A DNA stretch of 64,000 nucleotides from Asterias rubens (Eukaryota): the NCBI RefSeq assembly GCF_902459465.1, contig NC_047071.1:1488001-1552000 (forward strand). The letters run 5' to 3'. The notes under the pieces are model-generated. The model ran no database searches, had not been told where the DNA came from, and worked only from the letters and a program-made list of their open reading frames with translations. The translations under genes were made by a program, and so were the position numbers. Positions 37,242-50,935 of this stretch are shown piece after piece. Numbering within the stretch: position 1 is the stretch's first letter; every line of letters begins with the position of its first letter.

Positions 37242-40200
37242 ATGACGAAGCCTGAAGTCTTGACTCCAGCATGGATGGAGAGTGTTGTACTTGGGGCTGG
37301 ACTGGTGACCATAATGCTGCCCGTATCGACACAACTGGAGAATAGCGCTGTTTTAGCAATAGGTAAAAATACTTCTCTTTTGCTTTCATTTTGTAGCAGA
37401 ACATCTTCCAAAGATAGTTATTTTCCAACAGCTGTTCCTGTGTAACTTTTAAGCAATATCAACATGCATTGGATTGCATTCAGCCCTTTCTAATATTTCA
37501 TTTTCTGTAAATTTCCAGTTTTTATTCTCAGTTGGTACGTCCAAGAGGTTTTGAGGAGCAAAGGATTTGAGCAATCATCGGAAATGAAGTTCAGGTGAGA
37601 GGGAAGAGTCCAATTGTTAACTTAATAGCTTGACAAAATTAAATTGAAATTTTCGATTTGTTTTATCATTGCAACAGGGCACGCACTAAACCTACCACTT
37701 TAACTCTTTTTAATATTGCATTCAGCTCTTTGAAATAGGGCCTGGTCATTTGATTTTTGGGGGCAAAATATTAAAATCTCTATATTTGCCTTTGACAGAC
37801 CACACAGCTGCTCTGGTTTGTTGATAGGCAACCTTCTGATCCCCATGGTAACATCATCTTCGTTGTCATCATCCACCAACCAAGACACGCCTCATTTCAA
37901 TGCACTCTTCCAGTCACTAGTCCTTTACGTATGTGTCCTGACTCCATTGGTGTTACTCGGCTGTGTGTTTTTGAAATTGAAACCGGCCACAGAGTACCGC
38001 TTCCATCATCATTTGTGGATTCTTGGCGTTGTTGGTCTTCTGGCATGGGCGCTTCTTCAGCCGGGGTACAATGTCGCCACCATCTGTATTGTTCTGGTAA
38101 CTGTGTCTCTTACAGGTAATTAGATTTGCTCTCTTAGTAAATTAGGAAGTAACTACAGACCCTTGCATTCTCTGCCATCTTTGATGACAAACAATGGCAA
38201 TGTGTACATGCTGCGCACGACTCTCTGACATTAACTCGTCATGCATGCACATTTCATCAGGTATGGTGGTCAATGCAAGGGGTCCATGGGCATAAATAGT
38301 GCACTTGCGAGTACAACCATGTGTAAGTCTCTTACGAGAGGAGTGTTGGCTCTGAGAAGAACCAGTATCTTGACATTTCAAAAAGTGTACTAGGTTTGTC
38401 TTTGAGGAGGAGTAAAGGCTCATGGGCAGAGCTTCTCGTGAAGACAAGCAGAGCATACTTTGAGCATTAAAGTCCACAACATCTGCTCTTTTGAGAGCCA
38501 ACACTCCTCCCATATAAGATTCACACACAAAGAACACCTCAGAACGTAGTTACTTCATAAAGAAGAATGGTTGTGGGTTATTATTTGTCCACTAATCTGA
38601 TCGTCTTCTCTTCTAGTTTATTTCTTCTTCACAAGGTTGCTGTATTTCCTGCCGGGGAGTTTCACTTTGGGTGAAGCAGTATTCGTTTCAGAGTCGTTGA
38701 CTTTACTCACAGCGCTGTCTGCTTCCTCGTTGATGAGGCCTATCACACACCTGTTTGCTTGCTTACAGGTGAGTTGGAACAAAATAATGGCTGCATTAAA
38801 AGGTATTGTACAGGATTGCTAGAAACTGTCCATGTAGTCACAGACAAACCCGTGAAAAACTTAGGCTTAATTTGCTGTATTCCTCTTTACTCATGTACAG
38901 ATGTACCCTATCCCCTAAAACCCTCTAATATTTACGGGAATTTCCAGAGCAAAATCCATGCCACTCATCAAGCCAAAAATGAAAAAGCATGTTCTTATAA
39001 TGAAAGGAATTGTACATTTTGAAAAAAACTGTTTGGCCCTTTTTAAACTCAGGTCTTAACCTTAGGATGTGTAGTTACTGGTCTTGCGGTTTCTCCAGTG
39101 GCTAACAGGTTGCTGAAGCATCCTTACCATCACCCACCTTGTGAAGGACAAACACCCAAAGGCGTGGCAGGGGAATCTGAAATAAGGTAAAAGTGCCTGC
39201 AGCTGCATAGTCCAATTATTTTGTGATCACTTTTTTTTTCTTGTTCCACTTTTATGCAAGTTGCCAGACACACAAGGACAAAAGGCCACCTCAAGAAGTG
39301 GGCTACAATCAACAAATTTTGTTCAGGGGGCGTTGCCACCTACTCTCGGACTGAAACATTTCCATGCTTTACATTCCAAGCTGATGTAGGCTTGGATATC
39401 ATCCATCAAAAAAACACTACCTCTCTAACTTTAAGAAGCAATCATGATTAAGGGTCTTGCTTTAGGATACTCTTGTGTCACGACCGGGACTCAAACCCAC
39501 ACTCTGCTGATCATATCAGAGCTTGAATCCAGTGCTCTTAACCGCTAGGTCACGACACGCCACAATTGAGTGTAGTTTGATTTATTTCGATCTAGTGTTA
39601 TTACTATTTTCTTGCATTGTGCTTGAAGTTTTGTAAAGGTAGAGCAGCTGAAATACTTTATGTGTGATTTGCTAAAGCATAATGGAACAGAATGTAAACA
39701 CCTGCCGACAATTTTAATCATAGTACCGTTTTCTTTGGAAACTTAAATGTTAACTTCCGACAATTTTTGTTTTTATACAGAGCAGATGGTTGGGCTTATG
39801 TGAAGTTATCCTTGTATTTCTACCTGTGCGTAGCTTCAGCAATAATTCTGGTCTTGCTGCCATGGCTCGGTTACTTCCTTGGACAGCAGCCGCTTCTGTG
39901 GGGATTATATTTTGTGACTGCTACAAGACTAAGGGTATGATTTCAATCATTTAAAGCTCTAGAAGTGCCATCCGACATGTTGATATCCTGAGATAGGGAA
40001 TACTGCACGGTGGTCAAGTTTGGGGTTTCTTTCCTCACTTTCCACTTCTAGTACCCCGTAGTAAGAACTAGTTCATCAGATTCAATGGGATTGGTTGGGG
40101 AGGGGGGGGGGGACAGTCTTTAATCAAAGTACAGTCTTAACTACCGTGTGACAAGTCCTTTTACAGTAAGTAAATTTAATGGTTAAACGTAACACATGGC

Positions 40201-42472
40201 GTGTCACGGCTAAGCCGTTAAGAGCACTGAATTCAGGCTCTGATGTTTCTGATTCTGATCAGCAGAGTGTGGGTTTGAATCCCGGTCGTGACACTTGTGA
40301 CCTTAAGCAATGAGGCACTTTACCATGATTGCTTTGTAAAGTTGGGGAGGTAGTGCCTTCTGCTCTACCAGCCAGGCTACGTATTGATGATAACCAAGCT
40401 GTAAAAAAAAATGCACAGTTTCTTATTGATTTCATCTTAATCGTTTTCAGATGGTACTTTTATGTGTGTGGGTGGTTCTGGTGATGGGTGCAGTGGGCGT
40501 GATCTTGTTACACCAGTCCTCCTCGACCATTGTCAGAAAGTACTTTCACATCCTAGCCATATGCATATACGTCCCTGGTATCCTGTATGATGTAGACCTG
40601 CTTTACCTTGCCTCAGCTGGTACCGTTTTCATTTTTATTTTGTTGGAGGTATGTGCCTGTTTCTTTTTTATAGAAATTCACGTTCATGGAATTCCTTATT
40701 ATTAACTAGTTGTATTAGCACTAAAAAGTAAAGCTTTTTGCCCCTGGCCAAGCATAACTGAATTTAGGCAAAGCCAGGGTGTGGAAATTTTAGGGTTTGA
40801 GGTTGTAGATGTTAGGGAATGAATTTGAGTGAAAATTTGTCAAAATACCCTGTTTAAAAATAGTACTAATAATAACAACATTTATAAAGCACCTTTTTTC
40901 TAAAGGATGCAAAGTGCTCAGAGAATGACCAAGAAAAAAACAACAACAGAGTCTAGTTAAGTCGGGCTCTCTATGACATGTACCTGGCCAAGCGGAACAA
41001 ACTATACAGATTTTTATAAAATGTACCTTGAGTTTTACACTTAATTTTCATTTCATTTCATTTTTTGTTTTTATTTCGTCTCTTTTTGTGCTATAGTATG
41101 AAAGCTGAGGTAAAATGATATCCTTTTTTTCCCTAGATGCTGAGAGTGTTTAGAGTGTGGCCAGTGGGTGGCAGTTTACACAGTGCCTTCTTGGTGTTTC
41201 TGGATGACCAAGATAGTGGTGTGGCCGTCCTAACACATATCTACCTTCTACTTGGAATGGCAATACCGGTGTGGGTTTACACAGAAACTATAGGCAATAG
41301 TCACCAAGGTACCAAACTTGCAATCATACATGAATCATAATTTTTGTCTGTAAATGTTTGCCTTTGATAACAATAACAGTGGCATTTCTATATCACTCAT
41401 ATATCTGCCAATTTCGATGCTGATGGCTCATAAACATTAGTACCCCAGTCACTGAGCCATTTATTTAATTTCTTAAACCAATTCAGCTTCTTGTGAGCCT
41501 GTAATTTTTTTTTTTAAATAGCCTGGCTCCCAATATGCAGTGCACCTTCGCTGAACTGTCTCTGCCCTCTCAGGCACCTGTTTACCTCTGGGTGAAGAGC
41601 TGCAATTATAGTCAACTCCCGCTATAGAACAGGGTCGCACAGTCTGGTCAAATTACCTCTTTATATACGGTTGATTATTAAAAGGACCACAAAACAAAGA
41701 AACACAAATCAGAAATGAGATCTGAGGACTACGCAATGTACTCTTTATAAGCAAACTCGCTGTATAACAATGTCTTTATAACGAGGGTCGACAGTATAGT
41801 TTATTACTTTGCTCATGGACAAATTGTCTTGACCAGGATTCGAACCCATCCCATACCTTGATGACTTGGCCACCATAACTTTGAGTCCATAGTGCACTAG
41901 ACCACTCGGCCTTCATACTATATTTTTGCTTTGGTTTCAAGGATCGTCTTTGGCGCTGTATAGCGGCGTTCTCTCACTGGGAGTTGGCGACACTGCAGCA
42001 TCCATTTTTGGCTCTCTTTATGGCAAAATAAAATGGCCAGGTATGTTGAGTTTCCTAATTGATTTTTATGTAAGGAGAGTTTCGGAATTCTGCTGCTGCA
42101 TTGGTTGTGTCAGCAAAATGGTTTTGAAATTATTGTGTTCGTGTTTAAAGTTGAAAATAATTGATGTTGAAAAAAGAAAAAATTCACTAGAGCAAGATTT
42201 GAACAAATGACCTAAGGATTAATGTGGTTTTTGTTTTTTTGGTTTTTTTCCCAGGCAGCAAGAAGACAGTTGAGGGGACATGTGCTGCATTTGTGAGCCA
42301 GCTTCTTGGCTGTTACATCCTCCACTGTCTGGACCCTCGGATATCCCCTCCATACGGCTGGTTGGATGTGGTCTGGGCAGTTGGTCTCACCTCCATCTTA
42401 GAGGCTGTGACGACTCAGATAGATAATTTAGTATTACCAATATTTATGTATTCTTTGCTGATTAGGTTATGA
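37242..42472 (+). CDS. DOLK: Dolichol kinase, 10 exons, 546 aa
   Basis: Exons 37242-37362, 37519-37594, 37799-38115, 38617-38768, 39053-39186, 39781-39934, 40451-40648, 41137-41308, 41942-42040, 42255-42472. Motifs [64 protein letters not shown] and TTQIDNL. Confidence 0.95.
40195..40400 (+). mobile_element. tRNA-derived SINE in a DOLK intron
   Basis: ggcgtgtcacggctaagccgttaagagcac ... gggtttgaatcccggtcgtgacacttgtg. Confidence 0.75.
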
Positions 42473-43379
42473 TAATTGACCTGGGTCCGATTTCATAAAG
42501 CTGTTTAGTAGAAAATATTTTGCTTATCAAATTAAAAAAATGGGAGGGGCACCAGTCACATCACAAGTTGACCATAAGCACGTCATCTGTTTATATAATC
42601 AGCACCAAGCTGCTCTGAATAGCTTGTAGTTTGGTTTGTCGATACAATCATGCATACTTGATGTAAATTTTTACCAATTCTTCCTTAAGGAAACTTGATA
42701 TAACTTACAATCTAAAATATAACGTGTTCAAATCTTAGACAATTGGCCTGTTTGACTGATTCAACATACATTCTGCATTCAACCTGTTTTGCCTTTACCT
42801 ATTTCTATTTGTAATTTTGAAACAGTTGTTTGCTAGTTTAATAATAATAATAATAATAAGACTTGTAATGCGCACATATTCACCCTGCTGGGTTTAGGGT
42901 TATCAATAAAATTGATATAAAAAGCTCATGGTATGATTTGTCCGTATGTAAATAAAATTATTTATTTTTATTCAATAAACTTAGATAAAGATCCGATCTG
43001 AGAAGATATTTGATAGTTGTATGCCTATTGAATTTATTTTTGAGTGGATCCCTCAAATTTCGAAAAGAACATACACGTACACTCATGTGAGGGTGTCAGG
43101 TTGCAAGGCGCTGAAGTGACCGGTTAGCCCACTAAGTGCCCCCCCACCCCCCAACCCACCAAATTTCATTAAAAAAGTTGAGTTTTTGAGTCCATTGATC
43201 TCTCGGCCTAATGTTACAGACTTGCTCTCTATGATACAACCATTTTATATAATATCCATCTGCAATGATTTTGAGTTTTTTAAGTTGACAACTTCTATCG
43301 TTTAGTTTAAAAAAATGTAGCTGCCTGCGAGTAAGTGATTTGTAAAGAGATGTTTTTAATTTGCCTTTTTTGTTTTTTG

Positions 43380-43750
43380 TTTGGCCCCGCCCCCTGCCCC
43401 TACCCACCCCAACCCTCTCCTCTCCGCCGACCGACCGAGGCCACCACACTTCCGGGTGGCAGTGCCAACTGACCTAGCTTTATGTAAATGGAGAGATCCA
43501 TCATTAAGTGTTCGTATCGGCTTTGTGGCTTGTAATAAGGATTCTCTATCGAAATAGATTATTCTAAAAATTCATTACTTTGTAGTAAATTATGACATAA
43601 AGTTATTAGACGTGACAAATTACTCACATAATTTATTACACCCCCATTTTACAATGGAACGAACCGACCTAACAACAACAGCGTCATATGATACAAGATG
43701 GCGGCGCCCGGGTGATGTGACAAGCTGAGTGTTGTGCTTCTTTCTTGGTA
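43380..43750 (+). promoter_or_regulatory. Likely FAM221B promoter and non-coding first exon
   Basis: GC box ggccccgccccc (~43383), ETS-type acttccggg (43448-43456), YY1-type caagatggcggc (43694-43705), donor ttg|gtaatg at ~43748. Confidence 0.5.
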
Positions 43751-44563
43751 ATGTTTGTAATTTTTTGAAATCTAGCCCCATAAATAGGGCAAATCCGATT
43801 CCTAAGGATTTGAATTGGATTGGCCCTATTTAATTATGGCTTAATTTTACCTCCATGCTTGTAAAAGTTGTACGTACGGTATATAGCATTTGTTGGTTCA
43901 ACTTCAGTTGACTGTTAAGTTAGTGTTTAGTGAATAAATATCGAACACAACCACATCCACAACGTGAAATACTGACAAGTGACAGCCGACACGACTGACA
44001 CTCCCTGACAGTGACAGTGACAGCCCCTGACCATGACCATGCTGACCACTACATGGACTGACCATAGAGTAAGGACAGAGATCTGCTCTACTGTTAGAGT
44101 AGAACTCGGCAGTTTCTGCATAATAAAAACCCTGATAAAAATTACAAATGAAAAAGGTTCTCACTACACAGTGCACTAGTCAGTGTAGCTAGGTAGTAGT
44201 ACTAGTAGGCTAGTACTAGTAGTAGTAGTAGTACTACAGTAGTAGAACTAGAAGTATAAAGTAGTTTACTCTAAGTCTAACAATAACAAAATAAAGGAGT
44301 AAATCAGTAAGCATCATGTAGACCCAGTAGTGCCAGTAACTGGGGCGCTGTACACATTTTTTTTTCAAAAATTGTCATAATCGAAATTTCAAGAGAAAAA
44401 AAAGAGTATGACTACAAGTGCCCAGTTACTGGGTCTAGTAAAGCTTGATAGTGTTAATACAGATATTTAAAAAAATCAAGTGAATTGTTTTAAAATCCTA
44501 GTAATCTCCCTTGTTTTTTAATTCTCAAAAAGGTCAGTCTTGGTCTGAAATTCACAAGTAAAA

Positions 44564-47500
44564 ATGAGTTCAACAAGACCAAAATCAACGAGAACTAAAG
44601 TAGCTCAAGCTATAGACCAAACAAACATTGGTTCATCACGTCCAAGGACTTCGGGTTCGGGTAGTAGAGCCAAGCCTCGTCCAGGGTTGGCGCCGACGGA
44701 AACTCTGCCTTCACAGTCAGCCAGAGTACAACCCAAGTCAGCTGCTCGAGTTGGGACCAAGGCTTTAGTTCCTCGAGGCACTCGCCAGGTATCACGTCCC
44801 CTAGAGGCACTTACAAACCCTGACAAGAGACTTGTGATGAAAAAACACAATGGTTTATTGCATCCAGAGGGTAAGTTGAGTCTGTATTATAAGAAAGGAT
44901 AAAAAACAAATCGTAAACTGTCTTAAAGCTTATTATTATAGTGGCTTCTTATATAGCACTCACATTCTTCACTCAATGAAGCTTAAGGCGCTTCAACATT
45001 CAATATTTGTCTGCAAGGTATTTGGGACTGCGTTTGGAATATGAGACCTACTTTTTTCACATACATGTAGCACCAGTAATGGTTTACAAAGTGCTGTGGC
45101 ACATTATGCTGCCAATCAAACCAGGAACACTGGGGCAAACCCCTCCTCTTTTCAATAAGTGCACTTAGTTCTTTAATGTGTGTACACAACACACAGGACC
45201 AGCGGCTTTGCGTCCCATCCGAAGGACGAAGCATCATGGTCAAGTGTCTTGCTTTTAAAAGGACACAGGTGTCACAACTGGGACTCAAACCCACACTCTG
45301 CTTATAAGGTTCATACTAGAACAATATCTTTTTTCTGTGAAGTGTTGCCCCCCTCTGATCTAGGCAGCACAATGTTTTTTTCTCAGATTGCTGGGCAAAA
45401 ATTGTGAGTTCTGGGTGGGTCCGCCCAGCACCGCCCACCATGGCTACAACACTGCTACTGACCATGTTTGTGTTTAAATACATCAAAATAAATAAATAAA
45501 TAATTATTTATTATTTTTCCAGGTTACTCTGTGAAGCCAGTGATTCCTGCGGAGAAGGCTGAACTCATTTCGGTAGCCCGTGCCATGAACAGGGAGGAAT
45601 TTGGTCCTCGTCTGCAGAAACTATTCCACCCTGAAACTGAAGCAGCAACTGATGCAATACAATCCGGTAAGAGTTAAGCCCGGTTCAAACTGGGTTCAAT
45701 GATGGGGTTTAAGTTTAGATTTAAATTGAGTTTAAGTTCAGTTTTTAACTATGATACATGTTTTAATAAACCATTTTTGATTGAATTGAGTTTAATATAC
45801 AAGAACTGATTGTTATTATTTTTATCAATATAAGTTTCTATCAAAATAACACATCTATTCCTTGTGTGTGATTCTAAGGTGTCTATATCGGCTGGCGTTG
45901 TCCGGAGTTCACTTGGGACTGTATCAGAGTAGGCAGAGAGTCCAGATGCTTCTGTGGACATCTTCTGAAGGAGCATGCTCCTTACAATGGTGATTATAAT
46001 AGTGGCTTCTTAAACAGCGTGCATATTCACTCAGTGATGCTGAAGGTGCTTCAACACTCAGTATTTAACTTTGAATTATGATACCTTCTCCTTTTACATA
46101 GCACCATGTAATGTACTTTGGCGCAATATGCAGCCAATCAAACCCCCTTGGGCAAACCCCCTTCTCTTTATGAAAAGTGAACTGGGTTCTTTTACCTGTG
46201 CTGCACAACACACAGGACCAACGGCTTTACATCCCATCTGAAGGACAAATCGTCATTGTTAAGTGTCTTGCAGGCAGTGGACACTGTTGGTATTTTCTCA
46301 AAACAATTATTAGTTGTTATTAGCATAAAAACTTACCTGGTAACAAGAAATTGGGAGCTATTGATAGTATAAAACATTATGAGAAACGGCTCCCTGTGAA
46401 GTAACATATTTTTCGAAGAATGAAGTAATTTTCATTGAATTTGATTTCGAGACCTCAGATTTAGAATTTGAGGTCTCGAAATCAAGCATCTGAAAGCACA
46501 CAACTTCTTGTGACAAGGGTGTTTTTTCTTTCATTATTATCTCATTATTAAACTTCCACGACCGATTGAGCTCAAATTTTCACAGTTTTTTTTTTTATGC
46601 ATATGTTGAGATACATTGAGTGAGAAGACTTGTATTAGCGCTTACCAATAGTGTCCAATGTCTTTAAGGACACAGGTGTCATGAATACGACTTGAACCCA
46701 TACTCTGCTGACCAGAAACATATCTGTGAAGTTTAGCCCCTGCATATCTGTGAATTTAAGCCCCTGAAGTTTCATGCATTGATTGTTTGCAGGCCGTAGT
46801 GTTCGAGTACCATGCAGGCAGTGTCCTTGCAAAGCCTTTGCATTTATCCCTGGTAGGCCTGAAGACATTGGAGAGTTCTGGTTCCAAAGACGTAGAAACT
46901 TTGATCCTACGACATGGAGAGCAAAGTGTCGCTGTAAACACACCCACGAGGAGCATGCCTGCACTGGCATGAGGAGATGTAAAATGCGAAGTAAGTTTTT
47001 ATTATTTGTATTTCTGGTAATGAAACCAAGGATGCCTTTATGAGTGAACTTAGTCGCTGTAGTTTGCAAGCCTGAGGAAACCTGTTAACCAGGGTGCTTG
47101 CACAACAAAGTTGACAAGATCATTTTGTGAAATCTTGTTTAAATGGCTTTAAGGGTAGCAATATGCTGCCTTTTATCATTAGCACCAGTCATAATCCAAT
47201 ATTTGGCCACTTTCAAAAGCAAACTTTGAATCACTCTTTGTTGCTAAGAATAGTCTGATGCCATTAAGTTATTACAAATTTCTGTAGAAATATTGACGAC
47301 TCGTCCTAAGATGATCGCAGCCCTGGTTTTACAGCCGATTGATTGTTACCCATTACTCCATAGGTTGTGGGTGCGGAGTCTTCAATTCCAACTTCTTGTG
47401 CGCAGCGTGCGACCGACATTGGGAAGATCACGAAACAGTGTTTGAGACTGAATCTGAACGACACGACAAAAAAATCCCTTATGGTAAGTGTAGGGTGGGA

Positions 47501-48179
47501 GGGGGGGGGGGGGCATAGAGGATCAAAGAGTGACCCGTCTGGGTCCAATTTCATAAAGCTGTTAATCAGAAAAAATTGCTTTCCAAATTTCTTTGCCGAG
47601 CAAATTTCTGTGCTTCACCATTCTCCGCTTACAGTGAGCGCCAAGTTTCTGTGCTACATGTAGATCGACAAGTCAAGAATGCAAAGTACAGGTTCACAAG
47701 CACTGTTGGTTCTGCTTTAGTTTCTATAGTTTTTTTATTTGCTTTTGTTTTGTTTTGTATATTTTTGTATTGTTCTGGTCGAATAAATATCAATAATAAG
47801 TAATGAAAACTTTTTTGGGTGCTAAAAACCAAAAGTTTCTTAATGAGTGTGTAAGTATTATTTTCCACAGGTTACACTAGATATTGTTGTAAAACTCAAA
47901 TTTGTATTTTGCTCTTTAGTTTTAGTGGTTGCCTGCTTCTAAACAATTGAATTGTCATTTGATCAATCACTCTTTGCTATCGTAGGTGAGGACTACCTTC
48001 CCTTTGCCGAGATGCCAGACCTGCGCAACATGGCGCTGACTGGAGTGGACAGTGACCCGGGCATCTATAAAGCTCTGGTTGAGGGCCAGGGTAATATTCC
48101 ACGTGGACAGCGTGCCATCGGTCAAAATACACCAGTCAAGCCGCCGCCAAAAAGTGGATTCAACCCAGTGTGGGACTGA
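44564..48179 (+). CDS. FAM221B: FAM221B-like Cys/His-rich protein, 6 coding exons, 357 aa
   Basis: Exons 44564-44870, 45523-45666, 45879-45989, 46793-46990, 47364-47483, 47986-48179, phase-consistent. Motifs PAEKAELISVARAM, GVYIGWRCPEFTWDCIRVG..SRCFCGHLL, FIPGRPEDIGEFW..RR..FDP..WRAKCRCKHTHEEH and FNSNFLCAACDRHWEDHET. Confidence 0.9.
46272..46663. mobile_element. Kolobok-like MITE nested in a SINE
   Basis: aggcagtggacact ... taccaatagtgtccaatgtct|TTAA interrupts the SINE motif aagtgtcttgc/ttaaggacacaggtgtc. Confidence 0.75.
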
Positions 48180-48207
48180 CGATACTCTGTTACCTTTTGT
48201 GTGTGCA

Positions 48208-48592
48208 TAGGTTTAGACCCTTGTCGATGAAAGGTCTTCATTGACCTAAGTAAGGGGACTGTTTTGGGCATGGGACATATACTACGCAAGGGGTAGTCTA
48301 TAGGTCTACCTGTTCACCGAAGACTTGCAATAGTTCAGATCAGGTGACATATTATATGGCACTCGCCCTAATATACTCAAGTGGAAATATGTTGGATAAT
48401 AGACCACTTGCCAAGGTCTAGGTTTAGACCCTTCCAATGACTCTCTGCCAATGAAAGGTCTTCATTTGCCTCAGTAAGGGGACTGTTTGGGGCATGCAAC
48501 AACATCATATGCAAGGGGTCTACAGGTTTACCTGTTCACTTAAGACTTCCAATAGATAATGGCACTTGCCCTTATGCTCAAGTGGACAAATG
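48208..48592. repeat. Tandem duplication (211-bp period) just 3' of the FAM221B stop
   Basis: taggtttagaccctt...tgaaaggtcttcatt...agtaaggggactgttt...acctgttcac...ctcaagtgga at 48208 and 48419. Confidence 0.85.
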
Positions 48593-50156
48593 TAACACAA
48601 CATACCCATTGCATAGGCTGCCAGAGCGCTGCAGACAAACTATGGAAACATGGACTGGTGTCATACAGCGCACAACTATTGGCCATTTATTGGGGCTGTC
48701 AGGTTGGCGAAGTGGTATTTTTTCTCAGGCACCTTCCACCTTTGGGCTCCTGTTTCGTAACCAACTTGGGTCCCCATATGATTAGGTTTTCCATCCCTGC
48801 CTGATGGTGTGGGTTTTCCCTGGGTATTCTCTCTGGGGTTTTCCTCCTGCACGACTAAAACTTCTTTGTCGTCTTTCCATGGAGTTCTTGGCTAGTATAG
48901 TGATTTGGATTTTAACTTTTCTGAAAACCCTTGTCATCAAAACCAGAACCAATAAATAAATGAAATATAGGAGAGGGAGCCAAAAAGGGGGAAACAAAAT
49001 GGAAGGGAGATGGAATTTTATTAAACCTGTTGTTTTTGGGTAAATTTTATTTGTAAATGTTCAACAACCCCAATGTTTTAACAGACTTTTACAATGGTTT
49101 AATACTAAAAATATAAAACTACAAAAATAATTTTTCTCTACGTGTATATAGTTTTTGAGGCATTGCATGGTGGGGTATCAATGTATTTTTGTTTTGAGTT
49201 AACACCATAATCTGCGTAGATTTTGTTCTTTGGGAACTAGGTCTTGCTTTTTTGTTTGTTTATTCTCCCAAATTCCAAAATCTACCCTGTTTCCAAAGAA
49301 CAAAATCTACTTAGCAAAGTAGATGTACACATGGTGTTACCGCAAACCAAATATACAAAAAGTATTTCAGAAAGATACATTTTTAGCTATAGTTTAAAAA
49401 CACTAGAGGAGTACTATTTTTACAATGAGTAAGCATGATATTTGTTTGATAAAGACTTGTAGGGATAAATTCATGAAGTATGTGATTCCCAGTATAAGAC
49501 TTACTTGTCAACTAAGTGTTTGCAAACTTTAGATAAACGTTTCCATTTTTAATTGAAAAATACAATACTAGCTATGGATAATATTATGTTTGAAGTATTT
49601 CATGTATATAAACAAATTCTTTTACTATATTTATGAGTTGGAAGCTTTTCTACACAAAGCAAATAGGTACTATTAAATTACTGTTATGTTGTTTTAAATA
49701 ATATTGTGCCTAAAAAAAACTGGGTGTGATTTCTAGTAACTACTTGTTTTTAAAAGATGCAACCATAGTTTGAATCTAAGAAATTGAGTTTCTGGATTAA
49801 CCTGACTCAGAATGGGTCAGACCCCCTCCTGGGACCAAGACTTCAGGTCAATTTTGTGGAGAATTCATTAATTGTTTGTCGCGGTGATAGCGCTACGACT
49901 CTATTCAGAATCTTCCCGTGATTCCCGAGGTATTCTTGCAAGACTGCTGGCCCCGCGAGACTATTGCATGCTCTCACGATCACGACTACAGTCCCATGTA
50001 GAAGTCGGCAACCAGCAGTTCACGCAAGAGCAGTAATCTCGCGAGAGCAGTAGTCGATCACGGAAACTTGAATCCGATTACGACACGGCCACAACTCGGC
50101 ATAACGACTTGTCCACAAGTCTATGCTGACCCCGGAGTTGTAATAAGAGTGTACAT

Positions 50157-50746
50157 CTACATAACCACAGTTAAGACACAGGTGATGAGGAGACATATGG
50201 TGTCATATCCTATGTTGACAAGATATGTGGACCAGCCTTTACCCTCATATGTATTATGAGGGATCTGCAGAAGGGCACCAGCCACAGAAACACGTAGGGC
50301 AAAGTGGATAGCCTCCTCCACAGTTTGCACTCCAAAGAAGGATCTGCAGGGAAAACAGAACAAGTTGACAACAATTTGTTTTTTTTAGGGTAGAGCTCTT
50401 TCAAAGAATGTGGAGACTCTACCCCTGCTTCAAAGAGCTGCTTATAAGCAGAAAATTCTGCTCAGCAGAAATTAGCGTATCAAAAAACATGTAGAGGCCT
50501 AATCATTGAAATTTTACATGTTAGAAACCTGTGTTGGAAATGCATATACCTCAGTGTGTTGGACATGAAGACTGCTAAAGCAAACATGGCAATCCCTGAC
50601 AGTACTAATGAAGTATGTCCCATGTTCTTGAAATCCTTGTGTGTCTTGCCAAGACCTCGCATCCATGGCTCTGAAAGAAGGGTGAACCAGACTCCACCGA
50701 ATACTTGCGTTGCTACAACTGATGCTATGACTGATGTGATAGACAT
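50157..50746 (-). CDS. DUF1761-family small multi-pass membrane protein, 2 exons, 127 aa
   Basis: Exons 50746-50550 and 50343-50157 (AG|gtatat ... ctgcag|A, phase 2). GGVWFTLLSEPWMRGLG and HNTYEGKGWSTYLVNIGYD match the DUF1761 pattern (GxxW[YF]...W...G and N.x.[FY]E......x.IN.GY). An acceptor 10 nt upstream of the ATG implies a 5'UTR intron. Confidence 0.85.
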
Positions 50747-50935
50747 GATGAAGGACTGTACATATAATTAGAAAACACCATACTAAAATGCAGAAAGTTT
50801 TCCTCTGTACAAATGCATGCTAAGACAAATACATGTACAAACTATGATTACAGCCTACAGAATTAGCGCTGCCCACGTGCTCTCTGTGACCTGACCGTTT
50901 TTGCCGTTTTAAATGTGTCACTATGAGCATGCTAA

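Noticed and set aside
37532-37552. Alternative DOLK exon 2 acceptor (ttctcAG at 37531)
   Set aside because: Gives an in-frame stop; the upstream ttccAG at 37518 keeps the frame and homology.
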